Assembly: GCA_031416075.1 (NCBI GenBank)
Contig: JANOSY010000024.1
Coordinates: 32,001 to 96,000 of the forward strand
DNA length: 64,000 bases
DNA from: Candidatus Tenderia sp.
GTDB lineage: Bacteria; Pseudomonadota; Gammaproteobacteria; Tenderiales; Tenderiaceae
Direction: 5' to 3'
Part shown: positions 52,703-64,000 of the stretch, piece by piece
How positions within the stretch are numbered: the stretch's first letter is position 1
How the letters are laid out: every line of letters begins with the position of its first letter
Notes under the pieces: generated by a model
Seen by the model: only the letters and a program-made list of their open reading frames with translations
What the model was told of the DNA's origin: nothing
Database searches by the model: none
Position numbers and translations under genes: made by a program

Positions 52703-55378
52703 TTACAGCGTTTTACCTTCAGAGTACCTCACTGTCGCCGCTGGAATGGTACCGCTCATTCCATGCTCAACAAAGGTTGGCAGCAAACCACTGCCCACAC
52801 CCACATTCAGCGCACTGCCCAGGGTAACATCAGGTGCCCCAGTTGAAGGCTGTGCCACTTCCGCCAGGAAGATGCTCACTCGCAACGGTTTGATGTAGTA
52901 CTGCACACCATCACTACCCGTCACCTGAGTGCCTGCCGGAATATTGATCACCTTTTGTGACAGCGCTGAACTCATCCTCCAGCCACTCTTCTGCAGGTCC
53001 CTATAGAGGTCTGGCATACCGTGCATCCAGCCATCAAATTGCAGCGCCAATGTTTTAGAGGCTCCCGTTTGATAACTGTAGCTGTATGACTGGGCAACCA
53101 GGCTGATCGGATCAGAGAGCAGTTTATACTGGCTGTTTGCGCCAATCAGATACTGCTGACTCCCCCAACCGCCGTTCTCTGAGTACTCCCAGTTAAACTG
53201 TACCGGACGGGTACTACCGGTGGGCACACCAAATCCATCCACCGTCACCGCCGCGCCTGAGGCATCCAGTGGTTGGTTCGAGGTATTAAACGCCTGCAAT
53301 CCCCACTCACCAGAGGTATATACCATGCCGGTATCATCACCATTCGTGCTTGGATCATCCGCTTTGTACACCAGCTTCATGAAGGTGGTGGTATTGGCCG
53401 GATTGGTATCCAGCATCAACTTCACTTCAGGTCGCCACGGTGTGCCCAGGTGGTCGGTTCCTGCGGGCAGGAATGTGGTGATGGTGGATGGATTGACGGT
53501 TGATTGCAGCTCCAGCTGTACCTCATAGTCCGCCGCCACATTATTGGCCGCAACACGGCGTACCGCATAGTTCACACCGTTACTGTTGATGTAATACTCA
53601 CGCCCCTGTTCAGGGGTAAAGTTGATGTCACCGGAAACCTCAAAGGTAGGCGTCCAGGTCTGCTGATCAAACGAGGTCAACTTCTTCTGCACCCAACCGG
53701 TCTTACCGGAGGTGAAATCACCGGTGTACTGAATATAAACAGAACCACCAATATCAACCCTCAACTGATGACCGTTAGTACCCACGTATACATTGCCACT
53801 GGCGGTGGTGGTCAAACCCTCCTGACCGTGTGTCGCAGGGTAGAAACCAGCGGTGGTAAAGTTTGCCACACCATCTGCCGCCGCCAGATAGACGTAGTTG
53901 ACGGAGACCTGGTTCACATTATCCCAACGACCAATATTCACCGTCTTGCGGTTATCTCCCTTCAGAGATGCCCACTGGGTAAATGCCACCAGAGGACCGG
54001 CTGTATTGGTCTCAAACGACACACATTTGGCTGAAGGGGCTGCATTAAAGTCCACCTGCCCTCCCTCACACACCTTCCACGTGCCATTTTCGTTAAACAG
54101 CTCAAAATGTTTATTAACAAAGGTTTCAACCGCAATATCCTTGATATCAGCGGGGCTGCCAGCCACCAATGTACGTTTGGTAAAGGAACCATTAAACCGG
54201 TCTGAAACGGTAAACTGCTCCGGTGTGGTGCCTGCACCAAAGTCCTCGCGGGTCACTACTGTGCCCGAAGGTACGCCATTTTGGCCGCCGCCCCATAACT
54301 GATGCCGTCCCTGCCAAGCGCCATAATAGGCGTGCTGGGTAGCGCCATGGCTGTCGGTATAGGAGACCGGAAAACCAAACGATTTGTGTTTCTGTACGTC
54401 ATCACCTGCCGCTACGCCGGTGGCGGCATTGGCATAAAAGAGTCCGTAACGGTGGGTCATCTCCACTTCGCTATTGCGATCCTTGTAGACAGGACCGCTG
54501 CCATCGTTTACGACCAGATAGGCGTCGTTATAGGCGTACGAGGCCGCAGCAACACCCGGCGTGCAGTTGGGGCCCATGCAGTTACTATAATCGGGGTACT
54601 CCACTTTACCGTAACCAGAACTGCCCGTACGATACAGGACTGCACGCGAGAACCCGTTGCCGCCACTTTCATTAACTTTCAACTCTGTCGTGCCACTGTT
54701 ATTGCGCGATGTGGCAACAAAAGATTGTGTGGCTGCACTGTCAAATGCAACATTCAGATCCCACTCGCCGTAACTCAACACCGTGCCACTGGGATTAAAG
54801 GTAGCACCGCTGTAGATCTTAAACTCAGCACGAATCACCCGCTTTTGCCCGGGATTGTCCTCATCCTCCTCCTCAATCCAGACCTGAACTTTGTTAAGGC
54901 TGCCACTGCTACCGCTGGGGTGGGTGCCGGTCACAATCTCGGATTTAATCACCCATGGCTGTAGCTGTTTCACCGACACGCCGTTGTTCTCATCCTCCCA
55001 CGCCACCATCGCCTTATAAGCAACACCATTCTGGTTGGCGCTGCTGTCGTAATGGGTCTGGGCCAGTGCACTCATCACCTGCTCAATAATGGAGAACTGC
55101 TCCAGGGCATGTTCTTCAACATACTTGGAGGTTGTGGCCTTGTTGTAATCTGAACTGGCACTTAAATTTGACGCCGCACGATCCAGGCGTCCCAGCAGCG
55201 ATACGCTACGCAGGGAGGCCGCCGTTGAAGTCGAGGCCGGTACCGCTGATATCTCTGTCGGCAATGTATATGACGTGGCTGCTGCGCCCACAGTCGAGGT
55301 CGCGCTGTCGCCACCACAACCCGACAGTGCCAATGCCACACCGGCCACTACCGCCTTGAGTAAAAATTTTTGATGCAT
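52703..55378 (-). CDS. Large hypothetical lipoprotein (891 aa)
   Basis: MHQKFLLKAVVAGVALALSG|C lipobox, Ser/Thr/Ala linker, G/T/N/aromatic-rich body; no family recognised. Confidence 0.8.
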   Translation of the reverse strand: MHQKFLLKAVVAGVALALSGCGGDSATSTVGAAATSYTLPTEISAVPASTSTAASLRSVSLLGRLDRAASNLSASSDYNKATTSKYVEEHALEQFSIIEQVMSALAQTHYDSSANQNGVAYKAMVAWEDENNGVSVKQLQPWVIKSEIVTGTHPSGSSGSLNKVQVWIEEEDEDNPGQKRVIRAEFKIYSGATFNPSGTVLSYGEWDLNVAFDSAATQSFVATSRNNSGTTELKVNESGGNGFSRAVLYRTGSSGYGKVEYPDYSNCMGPNCTPGVAAASYAYNDAYLVVNDGSGPVYKDRNSEVEMTHRYGLFYANAATGVAAGDDVQKHKSFGFPVSYTDSHGATQHAYYGAWQGRHQLWGGGQNGVPSGTVVTREDFGAGTTPEQFTVSDRFNGSFTKRTLVAGSPADIKDIAVETFVNKHFELFNENGTWKVCEGGQVDFNAAPSAKCVSFETNTAGPLVAFTQWASLKGDNRKTVNIGRWDNVNQVSVNYVYLAAADGVANFTTAGFYPATHGQEGLTTTASGNVYVGTNGHQLRVDIGGSVYIQYTGDFTSGKTGWVQKKLTSFDQQTWTPTFEVSGDINFTPEQGREYYINSNGVNYAVRRVAANNVAADYEVQLELQSTVNPSTITTFLPAGTDHLGTPWRPEVKLMLDTNPANTTTFMKLVYKADDPSTNGDDTGMVYTSGEWGLQAFNTSNQPLDASGAAVTVDGFGVPTGSTRPVQFNWEYSENGGWGSQQYLIGANSQYKLLSDPISLVAQSYSYSYQTGASKTLALQFDGWMHGMPDLYRDLQKSGWRMSSALSQKVINIPAGTQVTGSDGVQYYIKPLRVSIFLAEVAQPSTGAPDVTLGSALNVGVGSGLLPTFVEHGMSGTIPAATVRYSEGKTL

Positions 55379-55667
55379 AATTTCACCTTGTTTGAATATG
55401 TTAGCAGCTACCATCACTGCCACAAAAAAGTCAGGCTGAAAAACTTCAAATCAGTTGAACTCTTTTATCGTCAGGCAACGCAGAAGGGTTGTGTTTTTTT
55501 ATGAGACCCACGTCACAACTCACACCATTCACAAAAATCCAACACCATGGCAATACCAGAAACAACCCCCTTTATTCACAGAACATCAATGACTTTACAC
55601 CATTGCTAGACATGCTCTAAAAGAACACGTCTAATACCCCATAGCCCTCAATTAAAACTGCCTCCCC

Positions 55668-56810
55668 ATGAAAACAGCCTTTATTAAACAGTTAAGTGAC
55701 ATTACTGCCGCCGCATGGAACAGCCTTACCCAGGACAACAACCCTTTTTTAAAGCATGAATTTCTCGTGGCCCTGGAACGGCACAACTGTGTCGGCAGCA
55801 GCAGTGGCTGGCTCCCCCACCACATTGTCATCTACGCCGATGACGGTGCATTAATAGGTGCCGCCCCGCTCTATCTCAAATACAACTCCTACGGTGAGTT
55901 TGTCTTTGACTGGTCATGGGCAGAGGCCTATCAGCGCAACGGGCTCGATTATTATCCCAAACTGGTGGGTGCCATCCCCTTTACCCCCATGACCGGGGAG
56001 CGACTACTGATCGCCACAGATGCTGACCAGCAAGCCGTACACAGCGCTATACTCGACGCTGCCCTTCAGGTCGCCAATATCTACAACGCCTCCTCAATAC
56101 ACTGGCTCTTTCTCACCGATGCTGAAAAAACACGCCTACAGCAACAGAACCTGGCAATACGCCTCGACTGCCAGTACCACTGGCACAATAACGATTACAA
56201 AAGTTTTGATGATTATCTGAGCCACTTCAGTTCACGCAAACGTAAAAACATCCTCAAAGAGCGACGCCAGATACAGGAGGCCGGCATCACCTTTCGTATC
56301 GTGCATGGTCCTGAGATCACCCCTCAGGAGTGGCAGCTCTTTCACCACTACTACTGCGCCATCTATGACCGAAAATGGGGCGTACCCAGCCTGACGCTGG
56401 AATTTTTTGAAGAGATTGGCCAGACACTCGGCAACCAAGTGGTCTTGGTACTGGCCTACCAACAGGGTGACTGTATTGCGGCGGCCCTGAATCTACGCAG
56501 CGACACAACACTCTATGGTCGTCACTGGGGCTGTCGCGACCAGATCCCCGCCCTGCACTTTGAAACCTGCTACTACCAAGGGCTGGAATACTGCATTCAA
56601 CAGGGGCTAAAAAGTTTCGAACCCGGCACCCAGGGCGAACATAAAATTGCCCGTGGCTTTCTGCCCGTCACCACCTGGTCCGCCCACTGGATTGCCCACC
56701 CCGAGTTCCGCAAGGCCATCGGGCAATTTGCGCTGGCTGAAGCCACCGAGATCGAAAAAAGGGTTGTCGCGCTGCAACAGCTCTCCCCCTTCCGCAGCGA
56801 TGTAGCTTAG
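55668..56810 (+). CDS. FemAB-like GNAT protein (DUF482 type)
   Basis: PLYLK.NSYGEFVFDWSWA, YYPKL…PFTP.TG, LHFETCYYQG, QGEHK.ARGF. Confidence 0.92.
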   Translation: MKTAFIKQLSDITAAAWNSLTQDNNPFLKHEFLVALERHNCVGSSSGWLPHHIVIYADDGALIGAAPLYLKYNSYGEFVFDWSWAEAYQRNGLDYYPKLVGAIPFTPMTGERLLIATDADQQAVHSAILDAALQVANIYNASSIHWLFLTDAEKTRLQQQNLAIRLDCQYHWHNNDYKSFDDYLSHFSSRKRKNILKERRQIQEAGITFRIVHGPEITPQEWQLFHHYYCAIYDRKWGVPSLTLEFFEEIGQTLGNQVVLVLAYQQGDCIAAALNLRSDTTLYGRHWGCRDQIPALHFETCYYQGLEYCIQQGLKSFEPGTQGEHKIARGFLPVTTWSAHWIAHPEFRKAIGQFALAEATEIEKRVVALQQLSPFRSDVA

Positions 56811-56842
56811 AATGGCCGCTCCTCTTTTATCCGGTTCAGAGT

Positions 56843-57685
56843 ATGTTTGGTTATCGCCACAACTTTCACGCTGGCAACTATGCCGACGTCGTTAAACACG
56901 TAGTCCTCACCAGCCTGTTGCAGGCGCTGCAGCAAAAATCCAAACCGTTCTATCTGCAGGATAGCCACGGCGGCATTGGTCTTTATGACCTAACCAATCA
57001 CGAGGCCGATAAAAACCGCGAGTACCTCAGCGGCATCAGCCGACTCTGGCAGGCCCCAAACCCACCTGCTGCCGTACAGCGCTACCTTGATATCGTACGT
57101 ACCTTTAACAGTGGCGATGAGCTGCGCTACTACCCCGGATCACCGCGGCTGGGGCGCGCACTGCTGCGGGCCAATGACCGTATGGTAGTCACAGAACTCA
57201 ACACTATTGATTGTGAAACATTAAAACGGGAGTTCAACGGCGACAGACAGGTGACGGTGCATCTGCAAGATAGCTATCAAGGTATCAAGGCCTACCTGCC
57301 GCCCACTGAGCGACGCGGGCTAGTGCTGATAGACCCTGCTTATGAGTTGAAGGATGAGTACACACGGCTCGTTCGTGGGCTGCAAAACGGTTACCAGCGC
57401 TGGCCTACGGGTATTTACGCCCTCTGGTACCCACTCATGAGCACAACCCTGCGGGAGAGTTTTTTTAAGGCCCTAAAAAAGACCGGGATCCGCAAAATCC
57501 TCACCGCCGAACTGAACATCACCCCCCTTCAGACAGAGAAGGCGATGTGTGGCAGCGGCATGATCATGATTAACCCCCCCTGGCAGCTGGACCAACAGCT
57601 CAAATCTGAGCTTGAGTGGCTATGGCCGCTCCTGAGTGATGCAAAAGAGGGGGGGGTAAATGTGGAGTGGTTAGTGCCGGAGTAG
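56843..57685 (+). CDS. rlmJ: 23S rRNA m6A2030 methyltransferase
   Basis: YRHNFHAGNYADVVKH, YPGSP, LIDPAYE, GSGM..INPPW. Confidence 0.95.
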   Translation: MFGYRHNFHAGNYADVVKHVVLTSLLQALQQKSKPFYLQDSHGGIGLYDLTNHEADKNREYLSGISRLWQAPNPPAAVQRYLDIVRTFNSGDELRYYPGSPRLGRALLRANDRMVVTELNTIDCETLKREFNGDRQVTVHLQDSYQGIKAYLPPTERRGLVLIDPAYELKDEYTRLVRGLQNGYQRWPTGIYALWYPLMSTTLRESFFKALKKTGIRKILTAELNITPLQTEKAMCGSGMIMINPPWQLDQQLKSELEWLWPLLSDAKEGGVNVEWLVPE

Positions 57686-57693
57686 CTCGCTAC

Positions 57694-59172
57694 TCAACCA
57701 CGGCCGTAGAGTCTCATCAACTGCTTTAACTTCGGTGCCAACCCTTCATCCAGCTGTGCCCACTCAAAACGCCAGCGCCAATTACCGTCTGACGTGCCGG
57801 GAGTATTCATGCGATGTTCACTCCCCTGCCCCAGCAGATCCTGCATCGGCAAAATTGTCAGCCGGGCAACCGACGCCAGTGCCGAGCGAATCATCGGCCA
57901 CGGCATGCTCTCCTGTGGAAACCCAAGATAAGACTGCACATGCTGCTGCACAGACTCGGGCAGTGACTGATACCAGCCCAGGGTTGTATCGTTATCATGG
58001 GTGCCGGTGTAGACCACACTATCAAACGTCTGGTGATGGGGCAGGTACGGGTTGTCTGCATCTCCGCCGAAGGCAAACTGCACTATTTTCATACCTGGCA
58101 GGTGATATTTCTGGCGCAGTGCATCGACCTCAGCGGTGATAACGCCAAGATCCTCCGCCACCAGGGGCAGTGGATCAAAGACCTGGTGCAACGCCTCAAA
58201 CAGCTCATCACCGGGGGCCTTGACCCAGCGCCCATTCATCGCTGTTGCTTCATGGGCCGGAATCTCCCAGTACGCCTCAAAGCCACGAAAATGGTCGATG
58301 CGGACCCAGTCAAACATCGCCAGCTGCCCACCGATACGCTGCTTCCACCAGCTGAAACCGTCCGCCTGCATCCGTCCCCAGTTGTAGTGCGGATTGCCCC
58401 AACGCTGCCCTGTCGCGGAGAAATAGTCCGGCGGCACCCCCGCCACAACTTGGGCCTGGCCATGCTCATCTAAAAGAAACAACTCACGATTGGCCCAGAC
58501 TTCAGCGCTATCGTGTGCCACAAAAATGGGCAGATCACCAAACAGCAACACACCGCGTTGATGGGCGTAACCACGTAACTGGTGCCACTGCCGGAAAAAA
58601 GCAAACTGTTCAAAACGAACATAGCTCACTTCATCCTTCAATACCTTACCCATCGCCGCCAGCGCCAACGGGGCGCGATCACGCAGCTCATCCGGCCACG
58701 CTAACCAGTGGCGGTGCCCTTGGGCCTGACGAATCGCCTGAAATAGTGCGTAATCCTCCAGCCAGCCACTCTGCTCAGCCACAAAGTGGTTGTATTCAGC
58801 CCAAACGGAGTCGTCCGCACGTTGCAAAAACCCTTGATGGGCCAACTGTAGCTGATCACGCCGATGTTGCTCAAAATCCACAACCCCATCCGTGGTCCCC
58901 GCCTGCAACCACCCCCACTCCTGCAATCGATCAAGATTGATCAGCAAGGGGTTACCCGCATGCACAGAGAGTCCCTGATACGGTGAGAGGTCGCCATGGG
59001 TGGGTACCAACGGCAATACCTGCCAGACACTCATACCACTACCGGCCAGAAAGTCGACAAAACGGTAAGCGTCGGTGCCCAGATCACCACACCCTACCCC
59101 GCCTGGGAGAGAGGTTGGGTGTAATAGGACACCACTACGGCGACGACTCAGCGGGGTATCAGCGACGACCAC
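57694..59172 (-). CDS. malQ: 4-alpha-glucanotransferase (GH77)
   Basis: GVLLHPTSLP, AGVPPDYFS.TGQRWGNP, RIDHFRGF, YTGTHDNDT. Confidence 0.96.
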   Translation of the reverse strand: MVVADTPLSRRRSGVLLHPTSLPGGVGCGDLGTDAYRFVDFLAGSGMSVWQVLPLVPTHGDLSPYQGLSVHAGNPLLINLDRLQEWGWLQAGTTDGVVDFEQHRRDQLQLAHQGFLQRADDSVWAEYNHFVAEQSGWLEDYALFQAIRQAQGHRHWLAWPDELRDRAPLALAAMGKVLKDEVSYVRFEQFAFFRQWHQLRGYAHQRGVLLFGDLPIFVAHDSAEVWANRELFLLDEHGQAQVVAGVPPDYFSATGQRWGNPHYNWGRMQADGFSWWKQRIGGQLAMFDWVRIDHFRGFEAYWEIPAHEATAMNGRWVKAPGDELFEALHQVFDPLPLVAEDLGVITAEVDALRQKYHLPGMKIVQFAFGGDADNPYLPHHQTFDSVVYTGTHDNDTTLGWYQSLPESVQQHVQSYLGFPQESMPWPMIRSALASVARLTILPMQDLLGQGSEHRMNTPGTSDGNWRWRFEWAQLDEGLAPKLKQLMRLYGRG

Positions 59173-60908
59173 TAAGACTCACGCCCCTGACGCATCACAC
59201 CACCCGCCGCAGGGTTGCCACCCCCGTGGGTAAAGGAGTGTGCCAGATATTCGGGTGGTGCAACCCCCAGCATCTGATAGAGCGTATTGAGCTGCAAGCG
59301 GTAGAGCCGCTCAAAATCACGTACCGCGTCAGAGGGGTTGTAATCGCCAAACCACCAGAACCAGTCAGAGCCTTCACAGATCGCCAGCTGGCGCTCCAGC
59401 GCCCGCCGCTGCTCTTCACTCCATTTATCAGACGTGGCCACTTGGTCATAAACACGCTTGGCTTCAACCAACATATCCCAGCCACGGTTTTTGTCCTCAC
59501 TGCCAATCCAGGTGGAAAAACTGCCGTAGACCCAGCTGCCCGCCACAATATGGGGCAACGAAGGTGAAGGCGATGCCTGCTGTTGTAACACCTCACTGAA
59601 GGTGGTGAGATCCAGGCACGGGTGGTTGGCAAGCCGCTCATACAGGGCACTCAGAAAATAATAACCATTTTCGGGGTAATACTCCCAGGCATTCTCACCA
59701 TCAAGAATGATGGAGACCACCGCATCAGGTTTGTCCACATTAGCTGCCGCGATATTTTCCAGATGCCGGATAAAATCACCTACCGCATCATCGGCATGCC
59801 ACTTGGAGTAGACAAAGCCGATCAGGTCAGAGAGTCCATCATCACGAAAGAAACAATTTATCTGCTGTTCAGCCGGGCGATAGGGTTGATGTATCACCTG
59901 CACATCGCGCAACTCAGCAGGGGTTTGTGGCAGGTTTAAACTGTTACGTAACACACCCTCACCGGTAGCGGCCCAGCTGAAACCATATTTATCCATCAAC
60001 GCCAGGGTCGCCATACTTATGGCCCCTTCAGATGGCCAGCACCCTTTGGGCTTCATACCAAAATAGTGCTCGTAGGTCTCAATCCCCTTTTGAATATGCC
60101 ACTCGGAACGCCCTAAACCATCGGGATAGTGGTCAGCCAACGGCAGTTTGGCATCCGGCATCGCCTCTCGGGTGCTGCCAATATCGAGCAGCAGCGGCAC
60201 AATTGGGTGTGCATAGGGGGTCACCGACAGCTCCACACGCCCCTCTTCAGCCAGATGACGGTAACGGCCAATCACACCACTCAACAATTCAGAGATCAGC
60301 TCCAGCAACAGACGCCGGTCGTACATCGAAAAACCGCTGCCTTTTGCAATCAACGTCTGAGCCCGTGTATCACTACGACGCACCGTCTCACCCAGCCAGG
60401 CCAGATGGTACCAAGTCAACAGATCCGCCAGATATTGGCTATTGATATACATCCACTCGTCGGAGCGTAACTCCAGACGCAACGCCATATCCGCCAATCG
60501 CTGATAGTTCGGAAAGCGGTGAATAATGGTCTTTTCATTGGCACGCAAACAGGCCTTGACCAGCTGTGTCCGTCCTTCATTATCTTTCGGTAACGCCGGA
60601 CTCACCAGCGCTGCCAGAAGGGGATCGGTAATCACGCCCCCCTCTTTCAAAAACCGCTCAACTTGATGGCTGTAATCGTCAAGCTGCTCCAACAGAATAG
60701 GCGCAAAATTGACCACGGCCTTAGCTTTCGGCACCGCTTCAAGGTGAGCCACCATATCCACATAATCTTTAATGCCATGCAGATAGGTCCAGGGTAGATG
60801 ATACTCACCCGCCGCCGGATCAAAATAGTTTGGTTGGTGCATGTGCCAACACAACACCACCTTCAACGGCGCATCTACTACCCCTTTATTCGAACCATTA
60901 TCTGACAT
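59172..60908 (-). CDS. Glycoside hydrolase family 57 protein
   Basis: [36 protein letters not shown]. Confidence 0.94.
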   Translation of the reverse strand: MSDNGSNKGVVDAPLKVVLCWHMHQPNYFDPAAGEYHLPWTYLHGIKDYVDMVAHLEAVPKAKAVVNFAPILLEQLDDYSHQVERFLKEGGVITDPLLAALVSPALPKDNEGRTQLVKACLRANEKTIIHRFPNYQRLADMALRLELRSDEWMYINSQYLADLLTWYHLAWLGETVRRSDTRAQTLIAKGSGFSMYDRRLLLELISELLSGVIGRYRHLAEEGRVELSVTPYAHPIVPLLLDIGSTREAMPDAKLPLADHYPDGLGRSEWHIQKGIETYEHYFGMKPKGCWPSEGAISMATLALMDKYGFSWAATGEGVLRNSLNLPQTPAELRDVQVIHQPYRPAEQQINCFFRDDGLSDLIGFVYSKWHADDAVGDFIRHLENIAAANVDKPDAVVSIILDGENAWEYYPENGYYFLSALYERLANHPCLDLTTFSEVLQQQASPSPSLPHIVAGSWVYGSFSTWIGSEDKNRGWDMLVEAKRVYDQVATSDKWSEEQRRALERQLAICEGSDWFWWFGDYNPSDAVRDFERLYRLQLNTLYQMLGVAPPEYLAHSFTHGGGNPAAGGVMRQGRES

Positions 60909-62166
60909 AGTGCAACTCTTGACCTAACATCTCTGGGGAGACCAGTACCACACCACCTTCTGAGACATGAAAACGTTCAGCATCCACTTTGGGGTCCTCA
61001 CCAATGACCGTGCCTGACGGTATCTTGCACCCCTTATCGATAACCGCTTTAGTGATACGGCAGTTACGCCCAATCTCAACACCCGGCAATACCACCGTCT
61101 CTTCAAGCTTACTGAATGAGTGGACCCGTACATTAGAAAAGAGCAGTGAACGACGCACCGTTGCACCAGAAATCAGACAGCCGCCCGAGACCATGGAGTC
61201 AATTGCCTGACCACGACGCCCCTCATCATCAAAAATGAATTTTGCCGGCGGCAACTGCTCCTGGTAAGTCCAGATCGGCCACTGAGCATCATACAAATTC
61301 AGCTCCGGCGTCACCGACACAAGCTCCATATTGGCCTCCCAGAAAGCATCCACCGTTCCCACATCACGCCAGTAACTCTGCTGTCCTGTCTGCACATCAC
61401 GGAATGGATAAGAGAAGACACGATACTTTTTAATCACAGCAGGAATAATATCTTTACCAAAATCGTGCGCCGATGTGCTGGTATCCGCATCACTGATCAA
61501 CCGCTCATAAAGAAAATCTGTGTTAAAAATATAGATCCCCATAGAGGCCAGCGCAGTATCGGGCGTACCGGGTGCGGACTGGGGTTGGGATGGCTTTTCA
61601 TTAAAGTCATTCACGCGACCACTCCCATCAACGCTCATCACACCAAACGCCTTGGCCTGTTCCAGCGGCACCTCAAGACAACCAATCGTCATGTCCGCGT
61701 TATTCTCAACGTGATGTGCCAGCATAGGGCCGTAATCCATTTTGTAAATATGATCACCAGCCAGAATCAAAACATACTTAGGCTTATGAGCACGAATGAT
61801 ATCTATATTTTGATAAACAGCATCCGCCGTACCCGCATACCACGTCTCTTCAATACGCTGCTGTGCCGGCAGCAGCTCAATAAACTCACCAAACTCACCA
61901 CGAAAATAGCCCCAACCCTGCTGGATATGACGGATCAACGAGTGGGATTTATATTGTGTCAGCACGCCAATACGACGTATGCCAGAATTAATGCAGTTAG
62001 AGAGAGGAAAATCGATAATTCTAAACTTACCACCAAAAGGCACAGCAGGTTTCACGCGCCAAGTGGTTAACTGTTTAAGACGTGTACCACGCCCACCCGC
62101 CAAAATCAGCGCCAAGGTATCTCGAGTTAATCGACTAACAAAACGTGTATCTTCCATGGTCATGCT
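60898..62166 (-). CDS. glgC: Glucose-1-phosphate adenylyltransferase
   Basis: [40 protein letters not shown]; exact start uncertain (62160, 62166 or 62175). Confidence 0.96.
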   Translation of the reverse strand, partial: SMTMEDTRFVSRLTRDTLALILAGGRGTRLKQLTTWRVKPAVPFGGKFRIIDFPLSNCINSGIRRIGVLTQYKSHSLIRHIQQGWGYFRGEFGEFIELLPAQQRIEETWYAGTADAVYQNIDIIRAHKPKYVLILAGDHIYKMDYGPMLAHHVENNADMTIGCLEVPLEQAKAFGVMSVDGSGRVNDFNEKPSQPQSAPGTPDTALASMGIYIFNTDFLYERLISDADTSTSAHDFGKDIIPAVIKKYRVFSYPFRDVQTGQQSYWRDVGTVDAFWEANMELVSVTPELNLYDAQWPIWTYQEQLPPAKFIFDDEGRRGQAIDSMVSGGCLISGATVRRSLLFSNVRVHSFSKLEETVVLPGVEIGRNCRITKAVIDKGCKIPSGTVIGEDPKVDAERFHVSEGGVVLVSPEMLGQELHYVR

Positions 62167-62311
62167 ATCACCCATTCAATTTGCAGAGGCCCGCTAGCGA
62201 TGCAAGCAGCGCAGCGATGGTTAACATCGGCTGATCCCCAAAAAACTTTTGTTGATAGAAGCTTATGCTATGATCTAACCCAATATCACAACTTGATCAT
62301 ACCCCAAATTT

Positions 62312-64000
62312 ATGCCTACTGTGCAGAATAAAGATAAAATCACAACAGACCTGCAACGCATTTTAGATGCGACCCATCACGATCCATTTGCGGTACTGGG
62401 GCGTCATCCCATCAGCAAAACACAGACCATCGTTCGAGTTTTTTTACCCAAGGCATCTGCAGCTCACATTGTAGAAAATAACGCTCCACTGCAACGTATT
62501 GGCAATACTGATCTATTTCAATGGCAAGGTGACTCCACGCAGCTGCCAAGCAGGTACAGCATTAACTGGCTGGACAGTGACAGCAATCCCCACGTCAGCT
62601 ATGACCCATACTGCTTCGAACCCCAACTCTCCGAGTATGATCTGCATCTGTTTGGCGAAGGAAAACATTGGCACGCGTATAGTTTTCTTGGCGCAAAAGT
62701 AGTTAAGGTCGCTGATGTCAGTGGGGTTTTATTTGCCACCTGGGCACCGAATGCAGAACGCATTAGTGTTGTGGGCGACTTTAACCATTGGGATGGCCGC
62801 TGCCACCCCATGCGCGCACGGGGTGGATCGGGCATATGGGAACTATTCATTCACGGGCTCACCGCTGACACACTCTATAAGTTTGAAATTCGCAGCAATC
62901 GCGGTGGCCAAATATTACTAAAAACCGACCCCTACGGACGTAGTTTTGAACTACGTCCCGGCACTGCTTCAATTGTCACCCATCAAAATCAATACAACTG
63001 GCAGGATAGTCACTGGATAAAACAGCGCACTGAGTGCGACTGGTTACATGCGCCGCTCTCCATTTACGAAGTCCACCTGGGATCCTGGCAACTGGATGAA
63101 CATGGCAACTTTTTAAACTATAAAGAGCTCGCTATCCGTCTGGTTGACTATGTCAAAAAACTTGGTTTCACCCATATAGAGCTGCTGCCCATCACCGAAC
63201 ATCCATTTGATGGCTCATGGGGCTATCAAACCATCGGTTACTATGCGCCCACCAGCCGCTTTGGCGCACCTGACGATTTCCGTTTTTTTGTTGACTACTG
63301 CCATACCAATGGGATCGGTGTATTGCTCGACTGGGCACCTGGACATTTCCCCAAAGATGCCGCTGGACTCGCTCAATTTGATGGCAGTGCGCTCTACGAA
63401 CACGAAGATCCACGCCTCGGTGAACATAAAGACTGGGGCACACTCATCTTCAACTATGGTCGCAATGAGGTCAGGAATTTTCTCTTCTCCAGCGCCATAT
63501 ATTGGCTGGAGGAGTTCCACATAGATGGCCTACGGGTAGATGCCGTTGCCTCAATGCTCTATCTCGACTACTCCCGCGACGCGGGCGAATGGGTCCCCAA
63601 CAAGTACGGTGGCCGCGAAAACATCGAGGCGATCCATTTTGTACGCCAGCTCAATGAAGTAACCCACGACCTCCACCCCGGCACCATGATCATGGCAGAA
63701 GAGTCGACCTCCTGGCCGATGGTATCGCGCCCCATCTACCTCGGCGGTCTTGGCTTCAGCATGAAGTGGAATATGGGCTGGATGAACGACACACTACAAT
63801 ACATCAGCAAAGACCCCATCCATCGCCATTACCACCACGACAAACTAACGTTCAGCCTGCTCTACGCCTTTACCGAAAACTTTATCCTGCCCTTCTCTCA
63901 CGACGAAGTGGTGCACGGAAAGGGTTCCATGATCAATAAAATGCCTGGTGACGAGTGGCAACGTTTTGCCAATCTACGTCTACTCTACTGCTACATGTTT
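62312..64000 (+). CDS. glgB: 1,4-alpha-glucan branching enzyme (3'-truncated by window edge)
   Basis: Frame from ATG 62312: [60 protein letters not shown]; absent from the ORF track. Confidence 0.96.
   Translation, partial: MPTVQNKDKITTDLQRILDATHHDPFAVLGRHPISKTQTIVRVFLPKASAAHIVENNAPLQRIGNTDLFQWQGDSTQLPSRYSINWLDSDSNPHVSYDPYCFEPQLSEYDLHLFGEGKHWHAYSFLGAKVVKVADVSGVLFATWAPNAERISVVGDFNHWDGRCHPMRARGGSGIWELFIHGLTADTLYKFEIRSNRGGQILLKTDPYGRSFELRPGTASIVTHQNQYNWQDSHWIKQRTECDWLHAPLSIYEVHLGSWQLDEHGNFLNYKELAIRLVDYVKKLGFTHIELLPITEHPFDGSWGYQTIGYYAPTSRFGAPDDFRFFVDYCHTNGIGVLLDWAPGHFPKDAAGLAQFDGSALYEHEDPRLGEHKDWGTLIFNYGRNEVRNFLFSSAIYWLEEFHIDGLRVDAVASMLYLDYSRDAGEWVPNKYGGRENIEAIHFVRQLNEVTHDLHPGTMIMAEESTSWPMVSRPIYLGGLGFSMKWNMGWMNDTLQYISKDPIHRHYHHDKLTFSLLYAFTENFILPFSHDEVVHGKGSMINKMPGDEWQRFANLRLLYCYMF

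Noticed and set aside
51059-55600. Integrative element at tRNA-Leu
   Set aside because: No integrase and no duplicated tRNA 3' end seen downstream

Overview
Gammaproteobacterial chromosome segment made mostly of conserved housekeeping blocks: phoBR-pstS with Pho boxes, sucCD / nadE-glnB / sucAB-lpdA, dxs-queD-folE2, glyA-nrdR-ribD-ribE-ribB-ribH-nusB-thiL-pgpA, tRNA-Leu(CAA) with queA-tgt-yajC-secDF, rlmJ, and a glycogen cluster (glgC-GH57-malQ, glgB running off the window, plus a second glgC). Four accessory zones interrupt this backbone. (1) At about 5.5-12.2 kb, a decayed DUF6394/K+-channel operon is cut by a ~95-bp IS200/IS605-type mini-element, followed by an AT-richer island encoding a secreted double beta-helix (GH55/pectate-lyase-3-like) protein and a secreted beta-propeller. 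(2) At 20.2-27.5 kb, between nadE and sucD, a divergent two-gene cassette encodes a 2111-aa DUF4347/FN3 surface protein and an orphan phage-tail-collar protein. The surface protein has an internal GlyGly-CTERM-like anchor directly followed by a second signal peptide and an outer-membrane beta-barrel. This cassette is the best candidate for an undescribed system. (3) A Sel1-repeat gene and a GGDEF-EAL gene. (4) Downstream of the tRNA, a glgC paralog with a sigma54-type promoter and an 891-aa lipoprotein of unknown function. No CRISPR array, rRNA or intact transposase was seen. All family calls come from motif recognition by eye, without database searches.
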